Source: Felis catus (lineage: Eukaryota). Taken from it: a stretch of 64,000 nucleotides of DNA. The stretch covers positions 130,884,001 through 130,948,000 of the forward strand of contig NC_058368.1 of NCBI RefSeq assembly GCF_018350175.1, written 5' to 3'. Positions 38,900 to 50,932 of this stretch are shown piece by piece. The position numbers were made by a program, and so were the translations under genes. The first letter of the stretch is position 1; every line of letters begins with the position of its first letter. The notes under the pieces were generated by a model. The model saw nothing but the letters and a program-made list of their open reading frames with translations, did no database searches and was not told where the DNA came from.

Positions 38900-39583
38900 G
38901 CAGATAAGGTTGTAGTTTAAAGATATTTATCACTGACCTTAAAATAATCAGTTTATCCTGAACCACCTGAAGGAGCCCAATGTAATCACATTAGGGAGAC
39001 AACAAGTGGAATCTCAGACAAGGAGGTCATGAACAAAAGCCGGAGTAGGGAGATGCTATTTTGTTGGCTTCAATACAGAAGAAGAAAGCCATTAGCCAAG
39101 GAACATGGGAAGCCTCTAAACGGTGGACACAGCAAGGAAACAAATTCTCTGCTCCAGTCTCCAAAATGGAAGACAGCCTTATTGCCATCTTGCTTTTAGC
39201 CCAGGAAGACAGGTGGAAGTACAGCCCCTCCCTAAGGAATGTGGCAGAGACCTTCTCAGAACAAAGGAAGGCAATGTGCAATGAGGCCCAATCAACTCCT
39301 ATATATGTATGCATAGCTCTCACAGGACAGTAACTTGCAATGTGTCCTATCAGATTATATGTGTCACCATATATGGGAGACAAAGTAGCAACTGCATAAA
39401 AGGCTACCCCCTGCTGTGCTTAGGGCTCAGTTTTTCAAGTACAAAATCACCTAGCCCATGCTGCAATGACAAAGTTGCTTCCTGGGCAAAGATTGCTTCA
39501 GGGTCCTCTCTGTGCGAGAATCCTACTACATTAACCCACTAAGATTGTGGTCATTCGTAACAGCCACACTAAAAAATTAATAC
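38900..39583 (+). mobile_element. MaLR LTR (MLT1D-like) with a nested LTR fragment (~39212-39540)
   Basis: ggagcccaatgtaatcaca..agccaaggaacatgggaagcctcta..ccactaagattgtggtcattcgtaacagc. Confidence 0.7.
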
Positions 39584-39914
39584 GCTCCCTTTAAAAGTCT
39601 TTTTCTTTGTTTGGGGCACCTGGGTGACTCAGTCGGTTAAACATCCGGCTTGGTCTGTTGAGTGTCTGACTTTGGGTCAGGTCGTGATCTCGCAGTCTGT
39701 GGGTTCAAACTCCACATCAGGCTCTGTGCTGACCGCTGGGAGCCTGGAGCCTGCTTTGGATTCTGTGTCTCCCTCTCTCTCTGCCCCTCCTTTCCTCATG
39801 CTCTCTCTCTCTCTCTCAAAAATGAAAAAAACATCAAAATAAATAAAAATAAAAATCTTTTCCTGTTTGTTTAAACTCTTATACATCATTAACCTCTCAC
39901 TATTTACATTGCTA

Positions 39915-40080
39915 CCACTTATGAAGTGTATTCCAGACTAAGCAATGTACTCAGCTTTTCAAAGCATTGCTTCATTTAAGAGCCACAAGCTTTCTCCTCG
40001 GAGGAATGGTATTCCCATTTTTTAGACAACAAAACAGAGGCTTAAAGAAATAGACTTTCTGAAGCACACAGCTAACAAAT
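39915..40080 (-). mobile_element. MIR fragment inside unit 3 L
   Basis: ggtattcccatttttagacaacaaaacagaggcttaaaga. Confidence 0.6.
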
Positions 40081-40119
40081 TCCAGCGTAATAACCCGCAA
40101 AGACAGAAATCTTCCTCAC

Positions 40120-40195
40120 CTTTGTGGGATCCAGTGACCGAGTCCTGAAGTCTTCTGACATACCAACATCCTGCCATCCAAAAAGGACGAGGAAC
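40120..40195 (-). ncRNA. Candidate exon of an antisense non-coding transcript
   Basis: Donor AAG|gtgagg; weak acceptor actag|G. Confidence 0.2.
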
Positions 40196-40624
40196 CTAGT
40201 GTTTTGTTAAAAATGTTTTGTAGGTACCTCCAAAGGTATACTCTTCTGTGATCCTCCTACTCCTACTTCCTCAAAAAGCGAAATTTTGAGCACTGCTCTT
40301 AAGTTTTTTTAAAAAAAACCAACAACAACCTTATTTGACCTTTCTCTTCTCCTCGACAGAACAACAATCCCTTAGGAAAAGGCAAAACTTGACCACGTAT
40401 TTTTGGGTTTTCATTCCATTCCTTTTACTTGCTTCCCCTGCTAGGATTTCGAGTAAGCTTCCTGATGGGCAAAACTGATCGAATCCGTTATGCACTGGAA
40501 CGTGTGCTCCAGAGGGCAGGAAGGGGGGCAGGGTTGCATTCGAAAAGTAATGCAAAGCTCTCTCTCAGGCCCCTGCAATGGAGGTAGTTGATCAGCTTTA
40601 CTCCTTCAGCGTCCACAAAGTAAA

Positions 40625-40795
40625 TCAGCTGTTTTCAACGTGAGGCGATCAGACCAGCATCACCTGAGAACTTGATAGACATGCAAACTCTCCATTCCTG
40701 CCTCAGACCCACTGGCTCAAAAACTCTGGGGGCAGAGCCCTCCAGCTGTTGTAACAAGCCCTCCAGGTGATTCTGGTTTGCAAGCCACTATAGTA
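40625..40795. mobile_element. MER5A DNA transposon near the unit 3/unit 4 junction
   Basis: accagcatcacctgagaacttgatagacatgcaaactctc..aacaagccctccaggtgattctg. Confidence 0.85.
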
Positions 40796-40799
40796 AATG

Positions 40800-41720
40800 G
40801 ACTTCACAGCCCTAGGCAGGCCCAGCTAAAGCCATTTTGTTAGCTTTACAATTAAAGTCAAGAGAGAAAAGCTGGGGGTACATGCTTTCGATCAAACAGC
40901 AGTTTTCAGTAGCTTTGTATTTTAGGGTTTGAAGATGCTTTCAGGTACCGATAAATCCAATACTTTGAGCCCTATCTGCTATCACTAGGTTTATATTCCA
41001 CTGGTTACGATCTGTGTGGGAGAGGAAATAACGGCTGCTATTTGCAATCAAGTATCATAGTGAAACATGAGGAATACTTCAACAACGTAGTTTACAGCAG
41101 CTTGAATCCAGCTACTAGCGCAAGCACAGCTGGGGTGAGGGTTTTTTTTAATTTATTTTTTTATTTAAGACAATGGTTAAGTACAATTTAGGAACAAAAA
41201 TAAGCAGACTTTGAGTATACAGATGTGTTTTCAAGTGTTTGGAGATAGACCTTTTATTGCATTTGAGTCCAGATCTTAGGTCTCAAGGGGTAGAGTACAC
41301 ATTAGCTTGTCACTGGAGGGTGAGATTTAGAGCTAACTTAGGATTTGTGCCATGTATGTCCAGGCTCATTGAGTTAAGCAACCCTCCACTCAACCCAATA
41401 CCACTGCTCCCTGTCCTCCACAGTCTCTCTTTAAAGTTTTTGATGAGGGTTATGTATACATGTTATAAACTGTGAGTTCAACCCATTATTAGTGTATCTT
41501 ATCAATAAGCCCGTATCACGAGGGTAACATCATCTCTACACAAAAGTGGCTCCCACCTCATGGAAACATCTCAGATCCAAAGGTGAAAAAAGTTTAGAAA
41601 TTTCTGTCTCTGAACACTTTCTCTAAGAATTGAGGTTTCTCTGTGACTCAAAAAAAAAAAAAAAAAGAATCCCATAAAAATAACATTAGGTCTTACGAGC
41701 AAGTCAGGGTTAGTAGAAAG
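40800..41720 (+). pseudogene. Filovirus-like nucleoprotein (NP) core remnant (unit 4)
   Basis: GVH..AVFSSFVF*G..LSG vs GMH..AVISNSVAQARFSG; VKHE vs VKNE; FTAA*IQLLA/KH vs FKAALSSLAKH; TLAC vs TLAG; GEI*S*LRICA vs GEQYQQLREAA; KKV*KF..KN/EVS vs KKILMNF..KNEIS. Confidence 0.72.
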
Positions 41721-41789
41721 GTGAAACCAAAAACCTTGCCAATGAGCTATAAGAGGAATCTTTTCCAAAGAAAGGCTAATTCATTAAAC

Positions 41790-42070
41790 AGTGCGTTGGG
41801 AGGATGTGACGTGGAGAGGAAGACAAGGGCATATCAAAGCTTTCACTAGAGCTCAAACATTGTTCAGTATGACTGGAACAGGAAGAAATCTAGAAGAGGG
41901 GCAGGCGGTCAGCAAATACCATAACTTACCCCCAGTGAAGCTCAGACACAGGAGCAACATACCCAAACACTGCAGGAAAGGAGAATACAAAAGAAAGTGT
42001 TCTGCTTTGCAGTAGCACAGCCTATTACTGAGGACTGTAGAATTCCAAGATGGAGGGAAGAAAATGTTTA
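41790..42070 (+). pseudogene. Filovirus-like VP35 interferon-inhibitory-domain remnant (unit 4)
   Basis: ORF 41791-42015 contains LEEG..PPVKLRHRSNIPKHCRK vs LAEG..PPVIHIRSRGDIPRACQK; downstream EFQDG vs QLQDG. Confidence 0.8.
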
Positions 42071-42139
42071 ATGGAGGGCCATATGGCATAAATTATCGGT
42101 CCTTACTGAACCTCTGGGGATTTCACCTGTGTCTCACCA

Positions 42140-42314
42140 AAGCAGCTTCATTTACTTTAGGAGTTGGTTGAGGGTGAAATATTGATGGAGATAAAAAGAG
42201 ATACTGGGAAAAATTTTTTCTATCAGGAGGAAGCCATAGGTCTTCAAGTAGAAAAGAACAGTGTGGCAAGAGCTTAAAAATGCTTTGAGATCTTGTTGGA
42301 GATGGATAAAAACT

Positions 42315-42345
<31 letters not shown>

Positions 42346-42800
42346 GAGAAAGTCATTCTCTTTTTCAGAGGAATCCTGATCTCCTTGAACAATGGGCTGA
42401 CACCTCAAACAATTTTTACATTTAATGTATTTTCTCTTATCATTTTGCACTGTACTAATACCGGGCTTTACCTTGGTTTTAATACATGGATAAAGGAAAG
42501 TATTCACAGAGGAAGCTAGTAATTAAAGACATGGAGAAATTGGTTGGAGCCAATTAGAGAAAGAATAAGATGTTATACAGCTGAGGAAAGGTGGGATGCA
42601 CCACAAGCCTTGGACTCTCGATCCTTCCCAGCCTCTCTCTTACTTGCCGGAGAGCAGATGAGGGAAAATGTTTGTAACCTTGAGGAGAGGTCAGTGAAAA
42701 GGGAAAGATGACAATTTTGGAGAAGAAATATACATCACAGTGGCTGCCACTGAGGTGAAACAAACGTTTCCCAGGAATAGTCTAATGAATCTCTTTTAAA
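42140..42800 (+). pseudogene. Filovirus-like VP40 remnant (unit 4)
   Basis: ASFTL vs SAFIL; PQTIFTFNVFSL vs PQYFTFDLTAL; GLSILPSL vs GISFHPKL; interrupted by a (CA)n tract. Confidence 0.55.
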
Positions 42801-43049
42801 GCCTTGAGTGGTCAACCCCCAGCCAAAATCCTTTAAATGAACCAAGACTTAATGTATCCATGTTTTCATTTTTTTACAGTATGATATATGTATTGCTTCC
42901 GTTAGCTGTTTTCAACTCTCAGATTTAATTTTTGATCTGTTCCTAATTAGGATACATCTGATTGCTGAGAGTCATAAAGAGTTTATGACACTGACTTATC
43001 ACTTTAGAAAGTCATAGAGTTTCATTCTAATTTCTTTATGAGCTCATTC

Positions 43050-44010
43050 CTCCCTGATTGACTGTTCAATTCATATACTGGTTTTATACATGTACTAATA
43101 CATACAATAAAGACTTTGGAAAGATAGTTGTAGACAAATTTGTGATAGGTGAAAATTATTTGAGACAACTGAAATTCTTAGGACAAATGAGAGGATTTTC
43201 TGTCAATTTCATAAATCAAGAAAAGAAAAAGGACTATAAATGTGTCCTTGACGTCAACAAAAATTACCATACCAAAGATACAAGTTGTTCTTTTTTGCCC
43301 CACTACTCTGGAACCCTAACCATTGAACACATCCCTTAAATGGCTCTACCTACACAACTGTTTATAACTTTGGAAGAATATTAGAATTGTCAGGGAGTTT
43401 GGCAAAATACTGAAGGCTAGGCTCTAAAAGACATTCTAAGACTGTCCCCTTTTCTCTAAGTGAGATTTTATTGTGCAGCCTATTATACTTTATGTTCTTA
43501 TCTATTTACTGTCTTTGTCCTTGAACTCCTAAGCCCCTTGAGGTGTAGAACTTACTGTCTTTCTATCTTCTGTGCCTGATCTATGCAGGCTACTTAGTGC
43601 ATTTTTATTATATGGATGGATAACTTAATGATGACTTTGGAGATGCTTTTTTTTCCTAGTTCAAAATTAGCCTGCACAGCTTCCAGCTTCTGTACTTATT
43701 GTTACCCTGTTTACCTCCCAGAAAGCAGGGTATCTTTCTCCTTTATTTCCTTGTCAGGGAGAATCAAACTATAGCTTCCTTCTTAATGTCAGAATGTCCT
43801 CACTCTTCATGGCTCTCTGGGATCACAACAAAGTCAACTGAGCAAAATGATGTTCATTTCTCAAACTGGCTTGGATATTCTAGAACTTGTAGTTTTCAGT
43901 GACGACTGTCATTATTCACTCCGTATTCCTCAGAACTTAAGGTCTGGTTTTCAAGTTTGGTTTGTAAAAATTACAAATGCTTATGCTTTCACTAACACAG
44001 GATCACTAAA
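43050..44010 (+). pseudogene. Filovirus-like GP1 remnant (unit 4), split by an L2 fragment
   Basis: VDKFV..QLKFLG vs VDKLV..QLRSVG; NC/YN/LE vs NCYNLE; DAFF/KLACT vs GAFF..RLAST; STE..GYSRTCSFQ vs ATE..GYYSTTIRYQ. No GP2 recognised before VP30. Confidence 0.58.
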
Positions 44011-44389
44011 AATGAACAAATTTAACTTTTTTTTTCCACCACAGGAAGCAATGTGATTTCCAGGAAAGCTAAACTAATAGGAGTTGCTTCAAATAATATT
44101 TTAAATATGTTTATTTATATATACACCCATATACATAGATGATAGATATTATATAATTTTTAAAAAATACAGAATATTTGTGAACTCCAAATCCAAATCT
44201 TATAATTCAAAAGTGTACAAGAAAATGCTATTCAAAAGTCTAACCAGGCATATAAATGCTAGTTAATGAGAATGTGGAACTACAAGTCAATCTACGTGTT
44301 TGTTACATTTCTCTTGAAAATTTCTAAAATGCACCATATTTTGTTATAAGAAGCATAACAGTAATTAGGCTTTCTTTCTATCGCTTATG

Positions 44390-44750
44390 ACCTCAGAACG
44401 CCCCAAGACCTCATTATGTAACAAAGCCACACGCCTAAAAAAATATCTAAGTGGTTACAGACTCCAGACACCATTTTGCAAGGAAAGATCTAGACAGTTT
44501 AAGGGACCTGTCCAAGATGAAAATAGGAGACAGAGCCTTGAAGAAAACCTCTCTTCTGACCCCAGGTCTGTGCTCAAATACACTGATGCTGTTACAGAGA
44601 GAGATTAATGTGTTAGGACTCCAAGGTGTGAATTCTTTTCACATCATAAAACTATATATCTACATCGATATCCATCTACTTTTATAATTGTTTTGGCAAA
44701 TTTCGTGTTGATTAAACATTGTGCCATTTTCAAGGAAGAAGAAAGATGTT
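44390..44750 (+). pseudogene. Filovirus-like VP30 remnant (unit 4)
   Basis: PK..C..LKK..GY..FCK/KDLDSLRD vs PKDICPTLKKGF..FCKKDHQLESLTD; DSKV*ILFT vs DSKLRALLT. Confidence 0.65.
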
Positions 44751-44779
44751 ATGAAAATTGTTCCCCTGAAATTTCTACT

Positions 44780-45250
44780 TTATTATGATGCCTGATTTCT
44801 ATTTACCCAGATGCCTGACTCTTGACTAAAACACAGATGAAGGGCTGGCATGGGAAATGGGTGAGGCTCTGAATAAAGGAAGTCATTCACAGGAGATCAG
44901 GATGAATTCCTGTTACATGAATGTAAACAGATTAGTATTGAGGAATTCAATCCAGGCTCAGGGCTTCCTTCAGATTCTAAAACGCAGTAGCAGCAGCATC
45001 TATCTGGAGACAGAAAGGAAAGAACCAGAGCCTCATCAGCTGCAGTGACCCATGGCCCGGATGCTACCACATGCTCAGGGAGCCCGAGTTTTATCTACAG
45101 GCAGCTCCCACCAGCCTCATACTCTTTCCTTATTTACCAAGGGGCCAAAATTCCCAGGTCATAGCAGGATAGGAAGTAGAGGAGGGAGGACAGAGATCTC
45201 AGGTTTCTTCCCTGAGACACTAAGTACTACCAAGCACTGAAAAAAATGGA
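44780..45250 (+). pseudogene. Filovirus-like VP24 remnant (unit 4)
   Basis: MKGWHGKW vs IQGWKVYW; LLHECK vs LLHRLK; FLQILKRSSSSI vs FPHLFQNPNSTI. Confidence 0.52.
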
Positions 45251-45599
45251 CTCAGCAGAGTACCTAAAGTGTGAAGGAGACTTCCTGATTCCTGACTGAG
45301 AATCACCTGTGGCTCTCAGCAAAATCAGGTGTTTTGTGTCCTTTCTAGATGTCCTGAGTCAGAATCTTTGAGGGAGTGTACCCAAGGGTTTATGTTTTTA
45401 ATCAGCATCAAAATACTTCTTATACACCCTGCCATTTGTTCAGCAGTACAATGTTTGATGAGGGATTAAAAAAAATTATTGCAGAAATGTGCGTGGATCA
45501 TAAGTGTATATCCTGATGAATGTTCAGGGAGTGAACACATTCAAGAAAGCAGCACCCAAATCCAGAAACAGAAAATGGGATTTCATGCAGGCACTTTGT

Positions 45600-46900
45600 C
45601 GTAAGTAGTCTGCACCTAAAAACCAAAAGGAATGATCAGATATGGCTCATTATTTGCAGAAATTCAAGAAAATGTATGTGAAAATTTAAAATATATTCCA
45701 CTTGAGTGGAGAATATTAAAAAGCTTAGGTACAAAATAAATGTCCAAATATCAATTATTTGATTGTATGGTAACCAAATTAAAGGTATAATAAAATAAAA
45801 GGTAAAACAATAACTCATTCACAGTAGCAAGTAAGAATCTAAGTTAATAATAACATAAATAAAAATATTATAGTCCCTTACCAAAAGAATAATACAACTT
45901 CACTTAGAGAAGTAAGAGAAATCCTTACCAAGCCTAAATCTGTTATGTTTCTGAAATGCATAAATAAGTATTTTTAAAGTGACAATTCTGGCCTTATGAT
46001 AAATTAAGCTGAATTCCCAGGGCACCTCGGGGACTCACTCAGGTAAGCTAAGGCTCTTGATTTCGGCTCAGGTCATGATCTCACAATATGTGAGTTTAAG
46101 CCCAGTGTCAGGCTCTCAGCTGACAGCACAGAGCTTGCTTGAGATTCTCTCTCTCTCCCTTTCACTCTGCCCCTCCTCTGCTCACACTCTCTTTCCCTCT
46201 CAAAACAAATAAATAAAAATTCAAAAAAAACCTGAATTCCCGTGAAAATTATTCTAAAATTCATCTAGAAGACAAAGCACATTTTGAAATTGTAAATAAA
46301 GTAAATTAATAAATGTTACTGTACTAGATGAATAACACATATCAAAAAACAACATAAATTAAAACAGTGAAGAACCGGCAAAAATCATATATAATAAATG
46401 AAACAGAATACAATCAATATTAAGCATAAGAGAGCTTAGTGGAAACACAGAACCAGAGTGCAATTTCTGCTTTATTATCTAGAGAGTTTACATTGACCTA
46501 GATTGGAGTTTCCCAGTGCTTCAAATTGGAATAATTATCTGTTTGGAAATTTTAAAATGATCATGTTACTGTGCCACAACAGACTATATGCTAAAATTTT
46601 AGATAAATGAAATAGACAGATAAACTTAAAGAAACCCAAAAGAAAACATGAACTATAGGGAGATCATAAACGCTTTGAAAGTGTATGTAGACCTTCCGCA
46701 ATCACAAAGGCAGTGGAAGATCCTGCCAAAAAACAAGTAAAAGATGAGAACTCAATAAAACCTGAACAAAAGTCATTTTAAAAGACAGAAATAAACTAGG
46801 TAAATGTGTGCTTAAAAAACGCTGTCAGGAAACCAATTTGACAATAAATTTCAAAAATAAGTAAGTAAGTAAATAAATAAATAAATAAATGGAGTCATAC
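45600..46900 (+). mobile_element. Old LINE-1 (L1M-type) ORF2 fragments
   Basis: A-rich, e.g. attctaaaattcatctagaaga, aattaaaacagtgaagaaccggca. Confidence 0.55.
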
Positions 46901-47929
46901 AACAACAAAAAAAAAAGTCAGATAAAATTTTATTATCAATATAGACTGCATGCTAATTAATAAGAGTAATAACTTGGCATTAGGTATCAAGAGCCATAAA
47001 AATAATTACTACTTCCTCATCTGCAGCCCCGTAAATTTGCTTTCAGGGGTCAAGAGGAAGACAGTATACACAAAATGGATGTGTCCAAACACCATTTTTA
47101 AGAAAGTAGTGTCCTGTGGTCACCTAGGGTTCCAAGAGTTCAACGTAGTCATAGCAGTTAAGAGGCTATGAAACCATGGGGTGTAGGGTTGGCCCCAAGG
47201 GACAATGATGAGAAGGCAAGCTGAAATGACGAACCAAGGAGATGATCTAACATAAACCTTCAAAAAGTCTATGGACTGCATCAACCAGCACGCCCCCACT
47301 GCTGAGATGTTTCTAGACTTGGAGGAAGGAGAGTTTGATCGGTCTGACAGCATCACCATCAACACACTGCTTCTCTGCTGTCAGAAGGATAACAAGGAGG
47401 TAGGAGAAAATGGATTGGAAAATATGAGGCACCAAGTTGGTGCCAGGGGAGATTCATGCACAGGGGTTTCTAAAAGTGCCCTGTGGCTTGGTGGAGAATG
47501 GGTGCAGAGTGCTTGAAGAAACTGAGCTGTTTAAAAAGCCAGGAAAGTTTGGGGCACCTGAGTGGCTCAGTCGGTTAAGCATCCAGCTTCAGCTCAGGTC
47601 ATGACCTCATGGTTCGTGAGTTTGAGCCCCGCGTTGCACTCTGGGCTGACAGCTCAGAGCCTGGAGCCTGCTTCGGATTCTGTGTCTCCCTCTGTCTGCC
47701 CCTCCCCTGCTTGCACTCTGTCACTCGCATTGTCCCAAAAATAAATAAACATTAAAAAAAAAAAACAACAACAAGGGAAGTTTAAGGGTATTATCTCTTA
47801 TAGGTGGAACTATGGGATTTTTTTTTTCTTTCTACCCTTCAAAGTTAAAAAAAATATTCAGTAGTGTCCATTTTACTTTCTATGATCAGAAAAATCAGTT
47901 ATCAAATAAGAGGGAAAGCATCCTTCCTT

Positions 47930-48400
47930 TATATAAAGTTTGAAAATTTTGATTCTGCCCTGGTATTCCTTAGGAGAAAAGAATAATCGGAAATAATGTT
48001 TTGTTGGAGATTAAGCATTTATACTGTGAAAGGGCAATTAATACAGAATGGTTTTCTTTTTTTTAGAAAAAGCCTATGCTACTAAAAGTCCTCTGAGAAC
48101 GTGAAACACCAGGCAATAAATACAATTTCTTTTCGAAGTCCCATTCACACAAGCACTTTTTTGTTTGTATTTTGCAAAGACAACATTTGGGGAGGTGATA
48201 ACAGAGTGGTAATGGAGTAAATGCACATTTTCAGATAGGATTATAAAGCATGTTTCTACAGTAAATACAAGCAAAAGAAGAGGACCAAGCCATTGGAGCA
48301 ATTTGCTACAGAGAATGCAATAAATGATCCCTGCTATATCCTATAATTTTTAGCAGCAAACATGAAAAACCTTTACTTTCTATATTTCTAATTGGTTAAT
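47930..48400 (+). pseudogene. Filovirus-like L N-terminal fragment (unit 4)
   Basis: NRK*CFVGD*AFIL*KGN* vs SRSTWFVHDDLIDILGYGDY; FVFCKDNI..N vs LIMCKDLI..N. Confidence 0.6.
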
Positions 48401-49084
48401 TGTAAACATGGATGATTCTGTCAATATAGTGGAGTAAAGAAATTTGAGACAATTCAAATCATACACACATTTTTCCCCCAACTACAATGTATTGAAACTA
48501 GAAACTGGTAACAGGAGGAAAACTGGAAAATTCACAAATTAAAGAGGAGGGACAGTCCCAAATTCATTTTACAAGACAAGAATTGGACACAAAGGCCAGA
48601 GAAGGAGACTATGGGAAAAGGAAACTACAGGACAATTTCCTTGATGAATATAGATGCAAAAATTCTCAACACAATACCAGCAAACCAAATTCAACGGCAC
48701 GTTAGAAGGATCATACCGTATAATCAAGTGGGATCCATCCATGGGAGCAAGGATGGTTCAACGTATGCAGATTAACAAATATGATATATTGCATTAATTA
48801 GAATGAAAGATAAAAATCTTATGATCATTTCAATAGGTAGAAGAAAAGCATTTGACAAAATTCTCCATCCATTCATGTTAAAAATTCTCAACAAATTAGG
48901 TATGGAAAGAAGATAACTCAATATAATAAAGACCATTTACGACAAGCCCAGAGCTAACATTAGACCTAAAGTTGAAAGGTTGAACACTTTTCCTCTGAAA
49001 TCAGGAACAAGAGAAGGGTACCCACTCCCATGAGTCATATTCAACATAGCACTGGAAGCACTAGCCATAGCAGTTAGGCAAAAC

Positions 49085-49132
49085 TGAATGAATGAATGAA
49101 TGAATGAATGAATGAATGAATGAATGAATGAA
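49085..49132. repeat. (TGAA)n inside L1
   Basis: Direct inspection. Confidence 0.97.
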
Positions 49133-50161
49133 TTGGAAAGCAAGATGTAAAACTGTCTTTCTTTGCAGATGGCATGATTGTATAGGAAACCCTAAAGATT
49201 TTACCAAAAAAAAATTTTAGATCTATCAACAGGTTCAGTAGAGTTAAAGGATACAAAATCAAAACATGAAAAAAATTAAGTGTTTCTATACACTAACAAT
49301 GAATTATCTAAAAAATAAATAATTAAAACAATCCCATTTATAATAGTATCAAAAACAATAGTTACAAATAAATGTAACCAAGTAGGTGAAAGACCTCTAC
49401 AAGACATTGATGAAAGAAACTGAAGATAACACAAATAAATGGAAAGATAGATTGGAAGTATTATTGTTACAATGTCCACACTACCCAAAGCCATCTCTAG
49501 ATTCAATGCAATCTCTATCAAGATTCCAACTACAGTTTTTTAGAAAAAAATAATCCTAAAATATGTCTGGAACCACAAAAGACCCCGAATAGCCAAAGTA
49601 ATCCTGAGAAAGAAAACAAAGCTAGAGGTATCACAGGTCCTGATTTCAAACTATATTATAAAGCTATAATAATCAAGCAGAGTGGTACTGGCATAAAAAC
49701 AGACACAAAGGCCAATGGAACAGAATCAAGAGCACAGAGGTAAACCCATGCATATGCAGTCAACTAATATTTGAAAAGGTAAGCCAAGAATACTCAGTGG
49801 GGAAAGGACAGTGCCATCAATAAATGGTATTGGTAGAATTTATATCCACTTGCAAAAGAATTAAACTACACATCTATCTTATACCACTCACAAAACTTAA
49901 TTCAAAATGAATGAAGCCCTAAAACTCCCCGAAGAAAACACAGACAAAAAGCTCCTTGATATGGGTCTTGTGAGCAATTTCCTAGGACACCAAAAGCACA
50001 GGCAACAATATAAAAAATAAGTGGCTACATCAAACTATAAAAACTTCTTCACAGCAAAGGAAATAATCACTAAAATGAAAAAGCAACCCATGAAATGGGA
50101 GAAAATATTTGCAAACCACACATCTGATAAATGGTTAATACCCAAACATATACAAACATAA

Positions 50162-50165
<4 letters not shown>

Positions 50166-50210
<45 letters not shown>
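50166..50210. repeat. (GA)n microsatellite
   Basis: Direct inspection. Confidence 0.97.
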
Positions 50211-50213
<3 letters not shown>

Positions 50214-50932
50214 TACATACATACAATTCAATAGCAAAAAATCAAAATCAAATCAAATCAATTTAAAAATGGGCAAAGGAGCCGAATATATATTTTTCCA
50301 AAGAAGATATTCAAATAGCCATAAGGTACATGAAATGGTGCTCACCATCACTGAGCATCAAAACCACAATGAGATATCACCTCACACCTGTCAGAAGGGC
50401 TATTATCCAAAAGACAAATCATAACAAGTTCTGGCAAGAATATGGAGAAAAGGAAGCCCTTTTACACTGCTCGTAGGAATGTAAATTGGTATAGCCACTA
50501 TGGAAAACACTACAGAAGCTCCTCAAAAAAGTGAAAATAGAACTACCATATAAACTAACCATTCCACTGCTGGGCATATATCCAAAGGAAAGAATTCACT
50601 AACCGGAAGTAACATCCAGGCCCCCTATTTTTTGCAACATTATTTATATTAGCCAAGCCAAACAACCTAGGTGTTCATCAACAGATGAGTGGATAAAGAA
50701 AATGTGATATATAGTGGTGACTATCATTAGAAAAACTGTATTATATATTTGAAAGCTGCTAAGAGTAAATATTTAAAGGTCTCATCACAAGATAAGAAAA
50801 TATTTGTAGCTATATGAGGTGATGGATGTTAAGTTATTGTGTAATCCTTTTGCAAGATAGACATCAAATCACTCTGTTGTACACTTGAATGTATACAATA
50901 TTAATATATCTCAATAAAACTGAGAGAAAAAA

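Larger units (their letters stand above)
37880..40630 (+). pseudogene. Filovirus-like L methyltransferase and C-terminal domain (unit 3)
   Basis: GxGxG motif LNNQGHGQGFLYL (37955-37969) vs LAEGEGAGALLL; KITD vs QITD; VDPKLLQEIVLLFF (38655) vs IDPSVLKAVVLKVF; SSKSEILSTALK vs SCKQVILTALQ; LDHVFLGFHSI vs LSYIRLGFPSL. Confidence 0.72.
28386..47770. mobile_element. Dispersed Can-SINEs at ~28386-28482 (+, internally deleted), 33139-33304 (-), 37205-37381 (+), 39613-39853 (+), 46020-46230 (+), 47551-47770 (+)
   Basis: Can-SINE consensus motifs. The span is a container for separate elements. Confidence 0.88.
48440..50932 (+). mobile_element. LINE-1 ORF2 (RT/C-terminal) and 3' UTR, 5'-truncated and degraded
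   Basis: gatgaatatagatgcaaaaattctcaac; tttgcagatggcatgattgtata (FADD-region); ends tctcaataaaactgagagaaaaaaa. Confidence 0.93.
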
